From an uncultured Gemmatimonadales bacterium (GTDB taxonomy: Bacteria > Gemmatimonadota > Gemmatimonadetes > Longimicrobiales > RSA9): a stretch of 64,000 bases of DNA. Below, piece by piece: positions 51,583-61,669 of this stretch. Location of the stretch: contig CAWAMW010000002.1 of assembly GCA_963783305.1 (NCBI GenBank), forward strand, positions 32,001-96,000. The letters run 5' to 3'. Under the pieces are notes generated by a model. The model searched no databases. It was not told the DNA's origin and saw nothing but the letters and a program-made list of their open reading frames with translations. The position numbers were made by a program, and so were the translations under genes. Within the stretch, counting starts at the first letter, position 1; every line of letters begins with the position of its first letter.

Positions 51583-51610
51583 GCCCGTCCGAAACGGACG
51601 GGCTTTTTTT
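51583..51610 (+). terminator. his attenuator terminator
   Basis: GCCCGTCCG-aaa-CGGACGGGC-TTTTTTT. Confidence 0.92.
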
Positions 51611-51685
51611 GTGCCCTCCGTCGTCGTCCGGGCCGAGACCGCCACGCTACTGACAACCACGACTGAGAGCCGAGACCAGGAGCCA

Positions 51686-52606
51686 ATGCCGACCACGACC
51701 GTTCGATCCCCGAGATCGCCATCCCCGTCCGCGCGCAGCGACGAGCGGCTGCGTATCGCCCTCCCCAACAAGGGCCGGTTGGCCGATGAGGCGCTGGAGC
51801 TCCTGGCCCGCGCCGGCCTCGAGCCCTCGGCCACCCACCAGCGCTCGCTGCGCGCGGAGCTCGGCGACGACTTCACCGCCCTCTTCGTCCGCGCCCGGGA
51901 CATCCCCGAGTTCGTGGCGGACGGTGCGGCGGACCTGGGGATCACCGGGAGCGACCTGGTGACGGAGTCGGTGCGCTCGCTGGACACGCTGCTGGCGCTC
52001 GGCTTCGGCCGCTGCCGGCTGGCGGTGGCGGTGCGCGACGAGACGGAGCTGGCGGACGCGGCCGGGCTTCCCGACGGAACCCGCGTCGCCACATCGTTCC
52101 CGCGCACCGCGGAGCGGTTCTTCGCGGAGCGGGGCCGCAGCGTGGAGCTCGTGCCGGTGAGCGGCGCCGCGGAGATCGCGCCGCACATCGGGGTGGCGGA
52201 CGTGATCGTGGACCTGGTGAGCACCGGGTCGACACTGAAGATGAACGGGCTGCGCGAGTTGGAGACCATCGCGGAGGCGGAGGCGGTGCTGGTGAGCCGA
52301 ACGGGCTTCACGCAGGGCGAGTGGGGCCCGCGGACTCTGGAGCTGGTGGCGGCGCTCGAGTCCGTGCTGCGGGCCCGGGGCAAGCGGTACCTCATGGCCA
52401 ACGTGCCGCGTGCGGCCCTCGATCGGGTGAAGGAGGTGCTGCCCGGCCTGAACGGTCCCACCATCGTCGATGTCATGAACGCCGGCGAGCACGTGGCCGC
52501 GCACGCGGTGGTGGACCGCGCGGAAGTCTACCGTACCATCGCTGCGCTGAAGGCGCTCGGCGCCGAGGGGATCCTGGTCACCAAGATCGAGAGGCTGATG
52601 CCATGA
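51686..52606 (+). CDS. hisG: ATP phosphoribosyltransferase (long form)
   Basis: LRIALPNKGRL, VRARDIPEFV..GAADLGITGSD, ADVIVDLVSTGSTL, C-terminal regulatory domain (PGLNGPTI...GAEGILV); AGGAG SD. Confidence 0.96.
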   Translation: MPTTTVRSPRSPSPSARSDERLRIALPNKGRLADEALELLARAGLEPSATHQRSLRAELGDDFTALFVRARDIPEFVADGAADLGITGSDLVTESVRSLDTLLALGFGRCRLAVAVRDETELADAAGLPDGTRVATSFPRTAERFFAERGRSVELVPVSGAAEIAPHIGVADVIVDLVSTGSTLKMNGLRELETIAEAEAVLVSRTGFTQGEWGPRTLELVAALESVLRARGKRYLMANVPRAALDRVKEVLPGLNGPTIVDVMNAGEHVAAHAVVDRAEVYRTIAALKALGAEGILVTKIERLMP

Positions 52607-55017
52607 TCCCCATCCAGCGACTCACGTCCCTCGACGACGTCGCCCTCGACCGCCTCCTGGTCCGCGGCCGCACCGGCGACCCGAACGTGACGGCCACCGT
52701 GGCCGGTCTCCTCGCCGAGATCCGCCGGGACGGCGACCGTGCCCTTCGCACGCAGACCGCCCGTTTCGACGAGGTGGAACTGGACGCGCTCGAGGTGCCG
52801 CGTGATGCGTGGATCCGCGCCCTCGACGCGCTCGACCCGGCGCTACGCTCGGCGCTGGAATCCTCGGCGCTGGCCATCCGTCGATTCCACGCCGCACAGG
52901 CGCCCGCGCCACTGGAGCTGGAGGTGGCGCCGGGACTCGTGCTCGGCCGGCGACCCGACCCACTCCGCACCGTCGGCGTGTACGCACCCGGCGGGCGGGC
53001 GGCCTACCCCAGCAGCGTGCTCATGGGCGTGGTCCCGGCCCGGGTGGCGGGTGTCGACCAGGTGGTCGTCTGCTCACCGCCCGCGACCAACGGGCTTCCC
53101 TCTCCGCTCGTCATGGCCGCGTGCGCCGTGGCCGGCGCGGATCGCCTCTTCGCCCTCGGCGGCACCGCAGCCATCGGCGCCCTCGCCTTCGGCACTGAGA
53201 CGGTGCCAGCCGTCGACCGCATCGTCGGGCCCGGGAACGCCTACGTGATGGAGGCGAAGCTCCAGGTGAGCACCGTCACCGGCATCGACTCGCCCGCGGG
53301 ACCCTCCGAGCTCCTCGTGATCGCGGATGAGAGCGCGGATGGGGAGACGGTGGCCACCGAGTTGATCGCTCAGGCCGAGCACGACCCGGACGCCGCGGTG
53401 GTACTGGTCGCCACCAGCCTCTCGGTGGCCGAGGACACCGCGCGGGCGCTGGAGCATCTGGTTCCGGCCACCCCGCGCCGGGAGATCGTGGAGGCCTCGC
53501 TGGCCACCGCCGGCGCCCTTCTCGTCGCCGACTCCATGACCCTGGCCACCGAGTTCGCCGAGCGCTACGCCCCGGAACACCTGCTGGTGCTGACCGACGC
53601 GCCACGAGAGACGCTCGCGGCCGTACGGTGCGCCGGCACCGTATTCCTGGGGCCGCGCAGCTCCGTGGCGTTCGGCGACTACGCCACGGGCGCCAACCAC
53701 GTCCTGCCCACGGGCGGGCTCGCGCGCTCGTACAGCGGCCTGTCTGTCGATGACTTCGTCCGCTGGACCACGTGGCAGGAGGTGGGTCCTGGCGCCGCCG
53801 CGCGGCTCGCCGACGTGGCGGGGCGACTCGCCGACGCCGAGGGGCTCCCGGCGCACGCCGCCGCCGCCCGCCGCGCCGGGACCTACGATGGCAGCGTCGA
53901 GACCACTCGCCCGGAGCTGGAGCCACGGCCGGCGTATCGTACCATGCGGCGCTACGACCCCGCCCGACCGGAGCTGGATCTGGACCTCAGCGCCAACACG
54001 AACCTCTGGGGCGCGTGCCCGGCGGCGTTGGACGCGCTGAGCGCGCCGCGGCCGCTCACCAGCTATCCGGCCGTGTACGCGGATCCGCTCAAGTCGGCCA
54101 TCGCCCGCGCCTGGACCGTGGACATCGATCAGGTCGTCACCGGCTGCGGCTCCGATGACCTCATCGATTCGGCGATCCGCGCGTTCTGCGGGCCGTCCGC
54201 CACCGTCGCCTTCCCCGCGCCCACCTTCCCGATGGCGGACGCGTTCACGCGGATGAACGATGCGACGCCGCGCCCTGTGGCGCTCGGGCCGGATGGCGAT
54301 CTGGACCAAACCGCCATGGCCTCACTGGCCGCCGCGGATCTCGTCTACCTGTGCCGGCCCAACAACCCAACGGGCGCACTGATCCCCCGTGACCGGGTGA
54401 GGGATCTCCTGGAACGGGCGCGCGGCCTCGTGCTCATCGACGAGGCCTACGGCGAATACGCCGGCGAGTCGCTGCTGGACCTGGCGCTCGGGTCCGGCCG
54501 CGCCGTGGTGCTGCGCACGTTCTCCAAGGCCTACGGGCTGGCGTCGCTCCGGGTCGGCTACGCGCTCGGGCCCCAGCCGCTGATCTCCGCCATCGAGCTG
54601 TCCCGCGGGCCGTACAAGGTGAACGGCCCCGCGGAGCAGGCTGCTGCCGCAGCCATGACTGGTGGCGCGGCATGGGTCCGCGAGATCGTGACCGAGACCC
54701 GAACGAATCGCGAGCGGCTCGCTGGCGAGCTTCGGAGCCGCGGCCTGCGAGTCCACGAGAGCGCCGCCAACTTCGTCCTCTCCGATGTGGCACCCGGGAT
54801 GAGCCCGACCATCAAGGCCGGACTGGCGGAGCGCGGCGTCGGTGTGCGCGCGTTCGAGGATCCGGCCGGCGACTCCCTCCGCATCACCATCGCACCGTGG
54901 CCGCTGATGGAGCGATTCCTGGACGCGCTCGACGAGGTGCTCGCGAGCGCCGTGGGCCCGGCGGCTTCCACCGGATCGGCACGCGCACTGACCGCCGACC
55001 TGGAGGCGCTGCCATGA
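52603..55017 (+). CDS. hisD: Fused histidinol dehydrogenase / histidinol-phosphate aminotransferase (HisD-HisC), 804 aa
   Basis: HisD motifs VGVYAPGG.AAYPSS, GPGNAYV, PAGPSE, QAEHD, YAPEHL, GDYATGANHVLPT, EGLPAHA. In-frame HisC motifs LSANTN, GCGSDDLI, CRPNNPTG, IDEAYGEY, LRTFSKAYGLASLRVGY. Confidence 0.93.
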   Translation: MIPIQRLTSLDDVALDRLLVRGRTGDPNVTATVAGLLAEIRRDGDRALRTQTARFDEVELDALEVPRDAWIRALDALDPALRSALESSALAIRRFHAAQAPAPLELEVAPGLVLGRRPDPLRTVGVYAPGGRAAYPSSVLMGVVPARVAGVDQVVVCSPPATNGLPSPLVMAACAVAGADRLFALGGTAAIGALAFGTETVPAVDRIVGPGNAYVMEAKLQVSTVTGIDSPAGPSELLVIADESADGETVATELIAQAEHDPDAAVVLVATSLSVAEDTARALEHLVPATPRREIVEASLATAGALLVADSMTLATEFAERYAPEHLLVLTDAPRETLAAVRCAGTVFLGPRSSVAFGDYATGANHVLPTGGLARSYSGLSVDDFVRWTTWQEVGPGAAARLADVAGRLADAEGLPAHAAAARRAGTYDGSVETTRPELEPRPAYRTMRRYDPARPELDLDLSANTNLWGACPAALDALSAPRPLTSYPAVYADPLKSAIARAWTVDIDQVVTGCGSDDLIDSAIRAFCGPSATVAFPAPTFPMADAFTRMNDATPRPVALGPDGDLDQTAMASLAAADLVYLCRPNNPTGALIPRDRVRDLLERARGLVLIDEAYGEYAGESLLDLALGSGRAVVLRTFSKAYGLASLRVGYALGPQPLISAIELSRGPYKVNGPAEQAAAAAMTGGAAWVREIVTETRTNRERLAGELRSRGLRVHESAANFVLSDVAPGMSPTIKAGLAERGVGVRAFEDPAGDSLRITIAPWPLMERFLDALDEVLASAVGPAASTGSARALTADLEALP

Positions 55018-55610
55018 ACCTCGTCCTTTTCGACTACGGCACCGGCAACCTGCACAGTCTGCGGAAGGCGCTGGAGCGGCAGGGCGCGTCGGTGACGGTC
55101 GCCGCCGGGCTGGAGGGTGCGGACGCGCTCGTGCTGCCCGGTGTGGGCGCGTTCGGCGCCGCGGCCCGGCGGCTCGCGCCCCATCGGGACCGGATCCGCG
55201 CCGCCGCGGCCGACGGCCTCCCGGTGCTCGGCATCTGCCTCGGCATGCAGCTCCTCATGGACGGGAGCGAGGAGGGCGCGGGCGCCGGTCTGGGCCTCGT
55301 GCCCGGGACCGTCCGTCGGCTCCGTACGCGGCGCGTTCCGCACATGGGCTGGAACGACGTCGCCGGGGACGACCCGCTGCTCCGTCCGGTTTCCGGCGAG
55401 CGCTTCTACTTCGCCAACAGCTTCATCGCCGAGCCGGCCGACCCCGCCGACGCCATCGGCTGGACCACGCACGATCAGGAGCGGTTCCCGTCGGCGCTGC
55501 GCCACGGAGCGGTGGTAGGCTTCCAGTTCCACCCGGAAAAGAGCGGTCGGGCTGGACTCCGGCTCCTCGGAGCGTGGGTGGACTCGCTGCGCTCGCCGGA
55601 GGGGTCGTGA
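55014..55610 (+). CDS. hisH: Imidazole glycerol phosphate synthase, glutamine amidotransferase subunit
   Basis: DYGTGNLHS, LPGVGAF, LGICLGMQLL, VPHMGWN, QFHPEKS. Confidence 0.96.
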   Translation: MNLVLFDYGTGNLHSLRKALERQGASVTVAAGLEGADALVLPGVGAFGAAARRLAPHRDRIRAAAADGLPVLGICLGMQLLMDGSEEGAGAGLGLVPGTVRRLRTRRVPHMGWNDVAGDDPLLRPVSGERFYFANSFIAEPADPADAIGWTTHDQERFPSALRHGAVVGFQFHPEKSGRAGLRLLGAWVDSLRSPEGS

Positions 55611-56344
55611 AGATCTTCGCGGCCATCGACCTGCGCGGCGGAGCGGCGGTCCAACTCGTGGGCGGCGACCCCGGCAACGAGCCAATCCGGCTCCCGGACC
55701 CCGCCGTCGTCGCGCGCCGCTGGCTCGATAGCGGGTTCCGCCACCTCCACGTGGTGGACCTGGACGCCGCCCTCGACGCCGGAGACAATCGCGAGGCCAT
55801 TGCCGCCATCGCCGAGGTCGCCGCCATCGGCGCTGCGTCCGGCACAGCCACGCTCCAGGTCGGCGGCGGCGTCCGTGATACCGACGCCATCGAGCGCCTC
55901 CTCGACCTCGGAGCCGACCGCGTCGTGGCGGGAACCCGGGCGGTGGAGGACCGGGCGTGGCTGAAATCGGCCGCGGCCCGATTCCCCGGCCGGATCGTCG
56001 TCGCCGCCGACGTACGCGATGGCAGGATCGTGACCCGCGGCTGGACCGAGACCACGAATCGCGATGCGGCCGCGTTCATCAGCGCCCTGGACACGCTGCC
56101 CCTCGCCGGCGTGCTGGTGACCGACGTCGGTCGCGAAGGCCAGCAGGCCGGGATCGACATCGACCGGTTCCGGAGCCTCACCGCCGCCACCCGTCACCCG
56201 CTCATCGCCGCGGGCGGTATCACCGACCCCGTCGACCTCGGCGCACTGGCCGGTGCGGGCGTCGCCGGCGCCGTGCTCGGCATGGCACTCTACTCCGGCC
56301 GGCTCGATCCGGCCGCCGCACTGAACTTCGAGGAGACCCGATGA
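55607..56344 (+). CDS. hisA: ProFAR isomerase
   Basis: IFAAIDLRGGAAVQLVGG, LHVVDLDAA, QVGGGVRD, TDVGREG, IAAGGI. Confidence 0.95.
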   Translation: MKIFAAIDLRGGAAVQLVGGDPGNEPIRLPDPAVVARRWLDSGFRHLHVVDLDAALDAGDNREAIAAIAEVAAIGAASGTATLQVGGGVRDTDAIERLLDLGADRVVAGTRAVEDRAWLKSAAARFPGRIVVAADVRDGRIVTRGWTETTNRDAAAFISALDTLPLAGVLVTDVGREGQQAGIDIDRFRSLTAATRHPLIAAGGITDPVDLGALAGAGVAGAVLGMALYSGRLDPAAALNFEETR

Positions 56345-56910
56345 GCACGCTCACACGAGAGACGAAGGAGACCCGCGTCCGGGTGACGCTGGATCCCGCG
56401 ACCGACCCAGCGACGGCTGGCGGACCCGGCATCAACGCCGGGGACGAGTTTCTGAGCCACATGCTCACCGCGTTCGGCCGGTACTCCGGTCTCGGTCTGG
56501 CCGTGGAGGCCACCGGTGACCTGAAACACCACCTGGTCGAGGACGTGGCCATCACCCTCGGCGCGGTCCTCGAGCGCGACACGCCCGGCACCTGCGTCCG
56601 CTACGGTGAGGCGACCATACCCATGGACGACGCGCTGGTGCAGGTCGCGCTGGACGCCGGCGGGCGGCCCCACTACGAGGGCGACCTGCCCAGCGACCTG
56701 TACGACCACTTCTTCCGGTCGCTCGCGCTCAACGCCCGCTGGACCGTTCACGTCCGGGTGATCCGCGGCCGCGACCGCCACCACATCGTGGAGGCCGCGT
56801 TCAAGGCGCTGGGACTCGCCGCCCGGGAGGCGCTGACGGTGACCGGCGCCGTATTCAGCACCAAGGGCTCGGTGGCGCTGCAGTGGGAGGAGGTCCCGGA
56901 TGCTGGCTAG
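56341..56910 (+). CDS. hisB: Imidazoleglycerol-phosphate dehydratase (monofunctional)
   Basis: [41 protein letters not shown]. Confidence 0.93.
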   Translation: MSTLTRETKETRVRVTLDPATDPATAGGPGINAGDEFLSHMLTAFGRYSGLGLAVEATGDLKHHLVEDVAITLGAVLERDTPGTCVRYGEATIPMDDALVQVALDAGGRPHYEGDLPSDLYDHFFRSLALNARWTVHVRVIRGRDRHHIVEAAFKALGLAAREALTVTGAVFSTKGSVALQWEEVPDAG

Positions 56911-57712
56911 ACGGGTCGTCGTATGCCTCGATGTCGATGCCGGCCGCGTAGTGAAGGGCGTGCGCTTCAACGACCTCCGGGACGTGGGCGACCCCGCCGA
57001 GCTCGCCGCGCGCTACGAAGCGGAGGGCGCCGATGAGATCGTGTTCCTCGACATCACCGCCTCGGTGGAGAAGCGGTCCACGACGCTAGAGACCGTGCGA
57101 CGCACCGCCGAGCGCCTGTTCATCCCGCTGACCGTGGGCGGCGGGATCCAATCCATCGAGGACGTGCAGGAAGTGCTTCGCGCCGGCGCCGACAAGGTGG
57201 CCCTCAATACCGCCGCCGTGGAGCGCCCCGAGCTGATCTCCGCCGCCGCCGACCGCTTCGGCGCGCAGTGCGTCGTGGTGAGCATCGACGCCGCGCCCGT
57301 GGATGCCACCACCGACGAGCCGGGCACCGGCTCGTTCCCGTCCGGCTACCGCGTCTTCACCCACGGCGCACGCACGCCCACGGAGCTCGACGCCGTCGAG
57401 TGGGCCATCCGCTGCGCCCGGCTCGGCGCCGGCGAGATCCTCCTCACCGCCATCGACCGCGACGGCGTCCGCCGCGGCTACGACCTCGAACTGACCCGCG
57501 GGATCGCCGAGGCCGTCCCTGTCCCCGTCATCGCCAGCGGAGGCGCCGGCACCCCCGCGCACTTCCCGCCCGCCTTCAACCAGGCCGGCGCCGAAGCTGC
57601 CCTGGCCGCCGGCATCTTCCACGACCGCCTCGTCTCCGTCGCCGAGGTCAAGGAAGCCCTCCGCACCGCCGGCATAGAGGTCCGCAATCCACCGGAGGAG
57701 CGTAATCCGTGA
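56900..57712 (+). CDS. hisF: Imidazole glycerol phosphate synthase cyclase subunit
   Basis: [65 protein letters not shown]. Confidence 0.97.
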   Translation: MLARRVVVCLDVDAGRVVKGVRFNDLRDVGDPAELAARYEAEGADEIVFLDITASVEKRSTTLETVRRTAERLFIPLTVGGGIQSIEDVQEVLRAGADKVALNTAAVERPELISAAADRFGAQCVVVSIDAAPVDATTDEPGTGSFPSGYRVFTHGARTPTELDAVEWAIRCARLGAGEILLTAIDRDGVRRGYDLELTRGIAEAVPVPVIASGGAGTPAHFPPAFNQAGAEAALAAGIFHDRLVSVAEVKEALRTAGIEVRNPPEERNP

Positions 57713-57812
57713 TCTGTAATCCGTAATCTGTAACCTGTGATCTGTAACCTGTAATCTGTAACCTGTAATCTGTAACCTGTGATCTGTAACCCGTATTCTG
57801 TAATCCCTGATC
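57701..57812. repeat. Heptamer tandem array, about 16 units, consensus YGTRAYC
   Basis: CGTAATC CGTGATC TGTAATC CGTAATC TGTAACC TGTGATC TGTAACC ...; AT-rich relative to flanks. Confidence 0.95.
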
Positions 57813-57827
57813 CCTGCACCCATACCC

Positions 57828-58625
57828 ATGCCGAATCCATCAACCTCCGATCCTGACACCTCCACGCCCTGGCGCCACGAACTCGACGTGGCCATGGACG
57901 CCGTCTGGGCGGCGGGCCGCGTGACCCTCCGCTGGTTCCAGGCGGGCGTGGAGGCCCAACGGAAGTCCGACCGCTCACCCGTGACCATCGCCGACCGCGA
58001 GGCCGAGCGCGTCATGCGCGAGCTGCTGCGGGAGCGGTTCCCCGGCGATGGCATCCTGGGGGAGGAGCACGGCGAGGACGCCGGCACTTCCGGCCGCCGC
58101 TGGATCCTGGACCCCATCGATGGCACCCGCTCGTTCGTTCACGGCGTCCCCCTGTACGGCGTGATGGCCGCCCTCGAGTCCGACGGCGAGCCCGTCCTCG
58201 GCGTCCTCCACTTCCCCGCGCTCGGCGAGACCGTGGCCGCCGCCCGCGGCCTCGGCTGCCGCTGGAACGGCCGCCCCTGCCGGGTCTCCGAGACCACGGA
58301 CCTGGAGGATGCCCTCGTGGTCACCTCCGGCGATGCCCGGCCCGACGACCCGCGCTCCACCGGCCTCTCCCGTCTCGCCCAGCGCGCCGACACCTTCCGC
58401 ACCTGGGGCGACTGCTACGGGTACGCCCTCGTCGCCACCGGCCGCGCCGACGCCATGCTCGACCCCGTCCTCGCCGTCTGGGACGCCGCCGCCGTCCGCC
58501 CTGTCATCGAGGAGGCGGGCGGCGTGTTCACCGACTGGGACGGCACGGAGTCGCACCGCTCCGGCCACGCCATCGGAACCAACGCCCGGATCGCCCAGGC
58601 GGTCCGCGAGGAGGTACGGAAATGA
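57828..58625 (+). CDS. hisN: Histidinol-phosphatase, inositol monophosphatase family
   Basis: SPVTIADREAE, GILGEEHG, WILDPIDGTRSFVHG, WGDCYGY, WDAAA; position inside the his operon. Confidence 0.9.
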   Translation: MPNPSTSDPDTSTPWRHELDVAMDAVWAAGRVTLRWFQAGVEAQRKSDRSPVTIADREAERVMRELLRERFPGDGILGEEHGEDAGTSGRRWILDPIDGTRSFVHGVPLYGVMAALESDGEPVLGVLHFPALGETVAAARGLGCRWNGRPCRVSETTDLEDALVVTSGDARPDDPRSTGLSRLAQRADTFRTWGDCYGYALVATGRADAMLDPVLAVWDAAAVRPVIEEAGGVFTDWDGTESHRSGHAIGTNARIAQAVREEVRK

Positions 58626-59221
58626 CCCTCGACTTCACCGCCGGAGCCCTGGATTTCGCCAAGGGCGGCGGCAGCGTGCCCATCATCGCGCAGCACTATC
58701 TGACGGGCGAGGTCCTCATGCTCGGATACGCCACGCCGGAGGCGCTGGACACCACCGTGCGAACCGGGCAGTTGACCTTTCACTCCCGCTCCCGTAACGC
58801 GCTCTGGACCAAGGGGGAGACGAGCGGAAACACCCTGCGGGTCGTATCGCTCCACGCCGACTGCGATGCCGACACCGTCCTCGCCCGCGTCCACCCGGCC
58901 GGCCCCACCTGCCACACCGGGCAGTGGAGCTGCTTCGGCGACGGAGCCCCGACGCTGCCGGCGCTGGCCGCGACGCTGGAGTCTCGCCGCGGCGCCGACC
59001 CCGGTACCAGCTACACCGCGCGCCTCCTCTCCGACCGGAACCTCCGCCTGAAGAAGCTGGGGGAGGAGGCCGCCGAGCTTGCGGTGGCGTGCGCGGACGA
59101 GGACATCGAGCGCGTCCGGGATGAAGCGGCCGACGTCGTCTATCACACGCTGGTTGCAGCGCTCGCCGCGGGGGTAAGCGTCGATCAGGTGCTGGAGGCG
59201 CTCGACGAACGGCGAAGCTGA
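58622..59221 (+). CDS. hisIE: Bifunctional PR-AMP cyclohydrolase / PR-ATP pyrophosphatase
   Basis: SRSRNALWTKGETSGN, DCDADT, GPTCHTGQWSCF, SYTARLL, KKLGEEAAE, EAADVVYH. Confidence 0.96.
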   Translation: MTLDFTAGALDFAKGGGSVPIIAQHYLTGEVLMLGYATPEALDTTVRTGQLTFHSRSRNALWTKGETSGNTLRVVSLHADCDADTVLARVHPAGPTCHTGQWSCFGDGAPTLPALAATLESRRGADPGTSYTARLLSDRNLRLKKLGEEAAELAVACADEDIERVRDEAADVVYHTLVAALAAGVSVDQVLEALDERRS

Positions 59222-59260
59222 GACCGCCCGGCCGGCGAAGTCCACCGACCCGATCGGGTC

Positions 59261-59533
59261 CTACTCCACGCGGGGCGGGCGCGGGTGCACGATGATGCGA
59301 TAGAGGATCAACAGGACCACGGAGCCGAGCACCGCGATCGCCAGTGACTTGAGGTCGAAGCCGGTGACCTCGCCCCACTGGAACACGGTTGTCCCGAGAA
59401 AGCCGCCCAGCAGCGCGCCCACCACACCGATCGCGATGGTCACGAGGCACCCCCCGGGGTCCTTGCCGGGCATGATGAGCTTCGCGATTCCGCCGGCGAT
59501 CAGGCCCAGCACGACCCATGTCAGGATGTTCAT
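59261..59533 (-). CDS. GlsB/YeaQ/YmgE family (transglycosylase-associated) membrane protein
   Basis: MNILTWVVLGLIAGGIAKLIMPGKDPGG..GVVGALLGGFL; GGAGG SD. Confidence 0.9.
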   Translation of the reverse strand: MNILTWVVLGLIAGGIAKLIMPGKDPGGCLVTIAIGVVGALLGGFLGTTVFQWGEVTGFDLKSLAIAVLGSVVLLILYRIIVHPRPPRVE

Positions 59534-59726
59534 TGGTGACTTCCCTCCCCGCAGTTCTCCGCTCCAACACGTACAGCGTCGCGCCCACAGCGGCAACCCG
59601 CGGGTCAGCGGCACCGGAGGTGCTGGCAGGGGTAGCACGCCGCTCGGCACCTGCACTACACTACGCTACGCGAGCCGACCGACCGTGCAAGCCGTGAGCC
59701 CGCGCATGGCCCGAACGAAGCGCTGA

Positions 59727-61532
59727 ATGCCCGCAACCGAGATCAAGCCGGCCCACGAGGAGGAAGCCCTCGGGAAGGCCTACGACGCCCAGCTGATGCG
59801 ACGGCTCCTGGACTACCTGAAGCCGTACCGTTGGAAGGTGGTCCTCGGCGTCGCCATCCTGCTGGTGGTGGCGGGCCTCGAGCTGCTCGGTCCCTACCTG
59901 ACCAAGGTCGCTCTCGACAGCGCCATCCCTGAAGGCGACCTCGCGCAGCTCGGGCTCCTGGCCGGCGCGTTCTTCGCCGCCCTCCTCCTCACCTTCTTCC
60001 TGGAGTACGCCCAGCAGATCCTCACGACATGGCTCGGACAGCGGATCATGTTCGACCTGCGCCGTCAGGTGTTCGGTCACCTGCAGCACCAGAGCCTGCG
60101 CTATTTCGACCGCAACCCCGTCGGCCGCCTGATGACCCGCGTCACCAATGACGTGGAGGTCCTGAACCAGCTTTTCAGCTCCGGTATCGTCACGGTGTTC
60201 GGCGACGTGTTCACGCTCATCTTCATCGTCGGCGTGATGCTCTGGATGGACTGGCGCCTCGCACTCGTGGCCTTCGCCGTCATGCCGTTCGTGATCCTCG
60301 TCGCATTCGTGTTCCGCGCCAAGGTCCGCCAGGCCTACCGCGACATCCGCGTCCGCCTGGCCCGCATCAACGCCTACCTCCAGGAGCGCATTACCGGCGT
60401 GGCCGTGGTCCAGCTCTTCGGCCGGGAGGACAGGACCACGGCGAAGTTCAGCGAGATCAACCGCGACCACCTCGAGGCGCACCTCCGCTCCATCACCTAC
60501 TACGCCCTCTTCTTTCCCGTCATCGAGGTGCTCACCACCATCGCCCTCGCCGCCATCCTGGTGTACGGCGGCGGGCGGCTCATGGATGGCACCGTGTCCG
60601 TGGGCGTGGTCACCGCATTCCTCATGTATGCCCGGCGTTTCTTCCGACCCATCCAGGACCTGTCGGAGAAGTACAATATGCTCCAGGGCGCCATGGCCAG
60701 CAGCGAGCGAATCTTCAAGCTGCTGGACAGCGAGCCCAGCGTCCGGGACCCCGACGTCCCCGACCACCTCCCGGAGCCCGGCCGGGGCGAGATCGAGTTC
60801 CGCAACGTCTGGTTCGCCTACACCCGCGACCAGGAGGACGACGACTGGGACTGGGTCCTCAAGGACGTCAGCTTCGTCGCCCGCCCCGGTGAGCGCCTCG
60901 CCGTCGTGGGACACACCGGCGCCGGAAAGACGACGCTCATCAACCTCCTCATGCGCTTCTACGAGCCCCAGAAAGGGGAGATCCTCTTCGACGGCGTGCC
61001 CATCCAGCGCGTCACCCAGCGGGAGCTCCGCGAGCGCATCGGCCTCGTCCTTCAGGATGTCTTCCTGTTCAGCCGGAGCGTCGAGTACAACATCCGCCTC
61101 GGTCGCGATGATATTGACGACGCCCGCATCCGGCAGGCCGCCGCCCGGGTCGGCGCCGACCGCCACATCGAACGGCTCCCACGCGGCTACGAGGAGCCCC
61201 TCGGTGAGCGCGGCACCAACCTCTCCGTCGGCCAGCGCCAGCTCCTGTCCTTCGCCCGCGCCCTCGCCTTCGATCCGCTCGTCCTCGTCCTCGACGAGGC
61301 CACCAGCTCCGTCGATTCCGAGCTCGAGCACCAGATCCAGGAGGCCCTCGAGCGACTCCTCGAAGGCCGCACCTCCCTCGTCATCGCACACCGCCTCTCC
61401 ACCGTACAGAGCGCCGACCGCATCCTCGTCTTCCACCACGGCGAGCTCCGCGAAGCCGGCACCCACGCCGAGCTCCTGGACACGGGCGGGCTGTATGCGA
61501 GGTTGTATGAGTTGCAGTTTGTGGCGGTTTAG
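59727..61532 (+). CDS. ABC exporter, fused permease/ATPase (MdlB-like)
   Basis: TM domain, GRLMTRVTNDVE, GHTGAGKTT, LSVGQRQL, VLDEATSSVD, IAHRLST. Confidence 0.95.
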   Translation: MPATEIKPAHEEEALGKAYDAQLMRRLLDYLKPYRWKVVLGVAILLVVAGLELLGPYLTKVALDSAIPEGDLAQLGLLAGAFFAALLLTFFLEYAQQILTTWLGQRIMFDLRRQVFGHLQHQSLRYFDRNPVGRLMTRVTNDVEVLNQLFSSGIVTVFGDVFTLIFIVGVMLWMDWRLALVAFAVMPFVILVAFVFRAKVRQAYRDIRVRLARINAYLQERITGVAVVQLFGREDRTTAKFSEINRDHLEAHLRSITYYALFFPVIEVLTTIALAAILVYGGGRLMDGTVSVGVVTAFLMYARRFFRPIQDLSEKYNMLQGAMASSERIFKLLDSEPSVRDPDVPDHLPEPGRGEIEFRNVWFAYTRDQEDDDWDWVLKDVSFVARPGERLAVVGHTGAGKTTLINLLMRFYEPQKGEILFDGVPIQRVTQRELRERIGLVLQDVFLFSRSVEYNIRLGRDDIDDARIRQAAARVGADRHIERLPRGYEEPLGERGTNLSVGQRQLLSFARALAFDPLVLVLDEATSSVDSELEHQIQEALERLLEGRTSLVIAHRLSTVQSADRILVFHHGELREAGTHAELLDTGGLYARLYELQFVAV

Positions 61533-61536
61533 CGGC

Positions 61537-61666
61537 GTGGCTCGCTGCGCTCGCAGGGTGGCTCGCTGCGCTCGCAGGGTGGCTCGCTGACGCTCGCAGG
61601 GTGGCTCGCTGACGCTCGCAGGGTGGCTCGCTGACGCTCGCAGTATGGCTCGCTGACGCTCGCAGG
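61537..61666 (+). repeat. Tandem array, 6 x 21-22 bp (left arm)
   Basis: RTGGCTCGCTG(A)CGCTCGCAGK repeated six times. Confidence 0.97.
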
Positions 61667-61669
61667 GGG

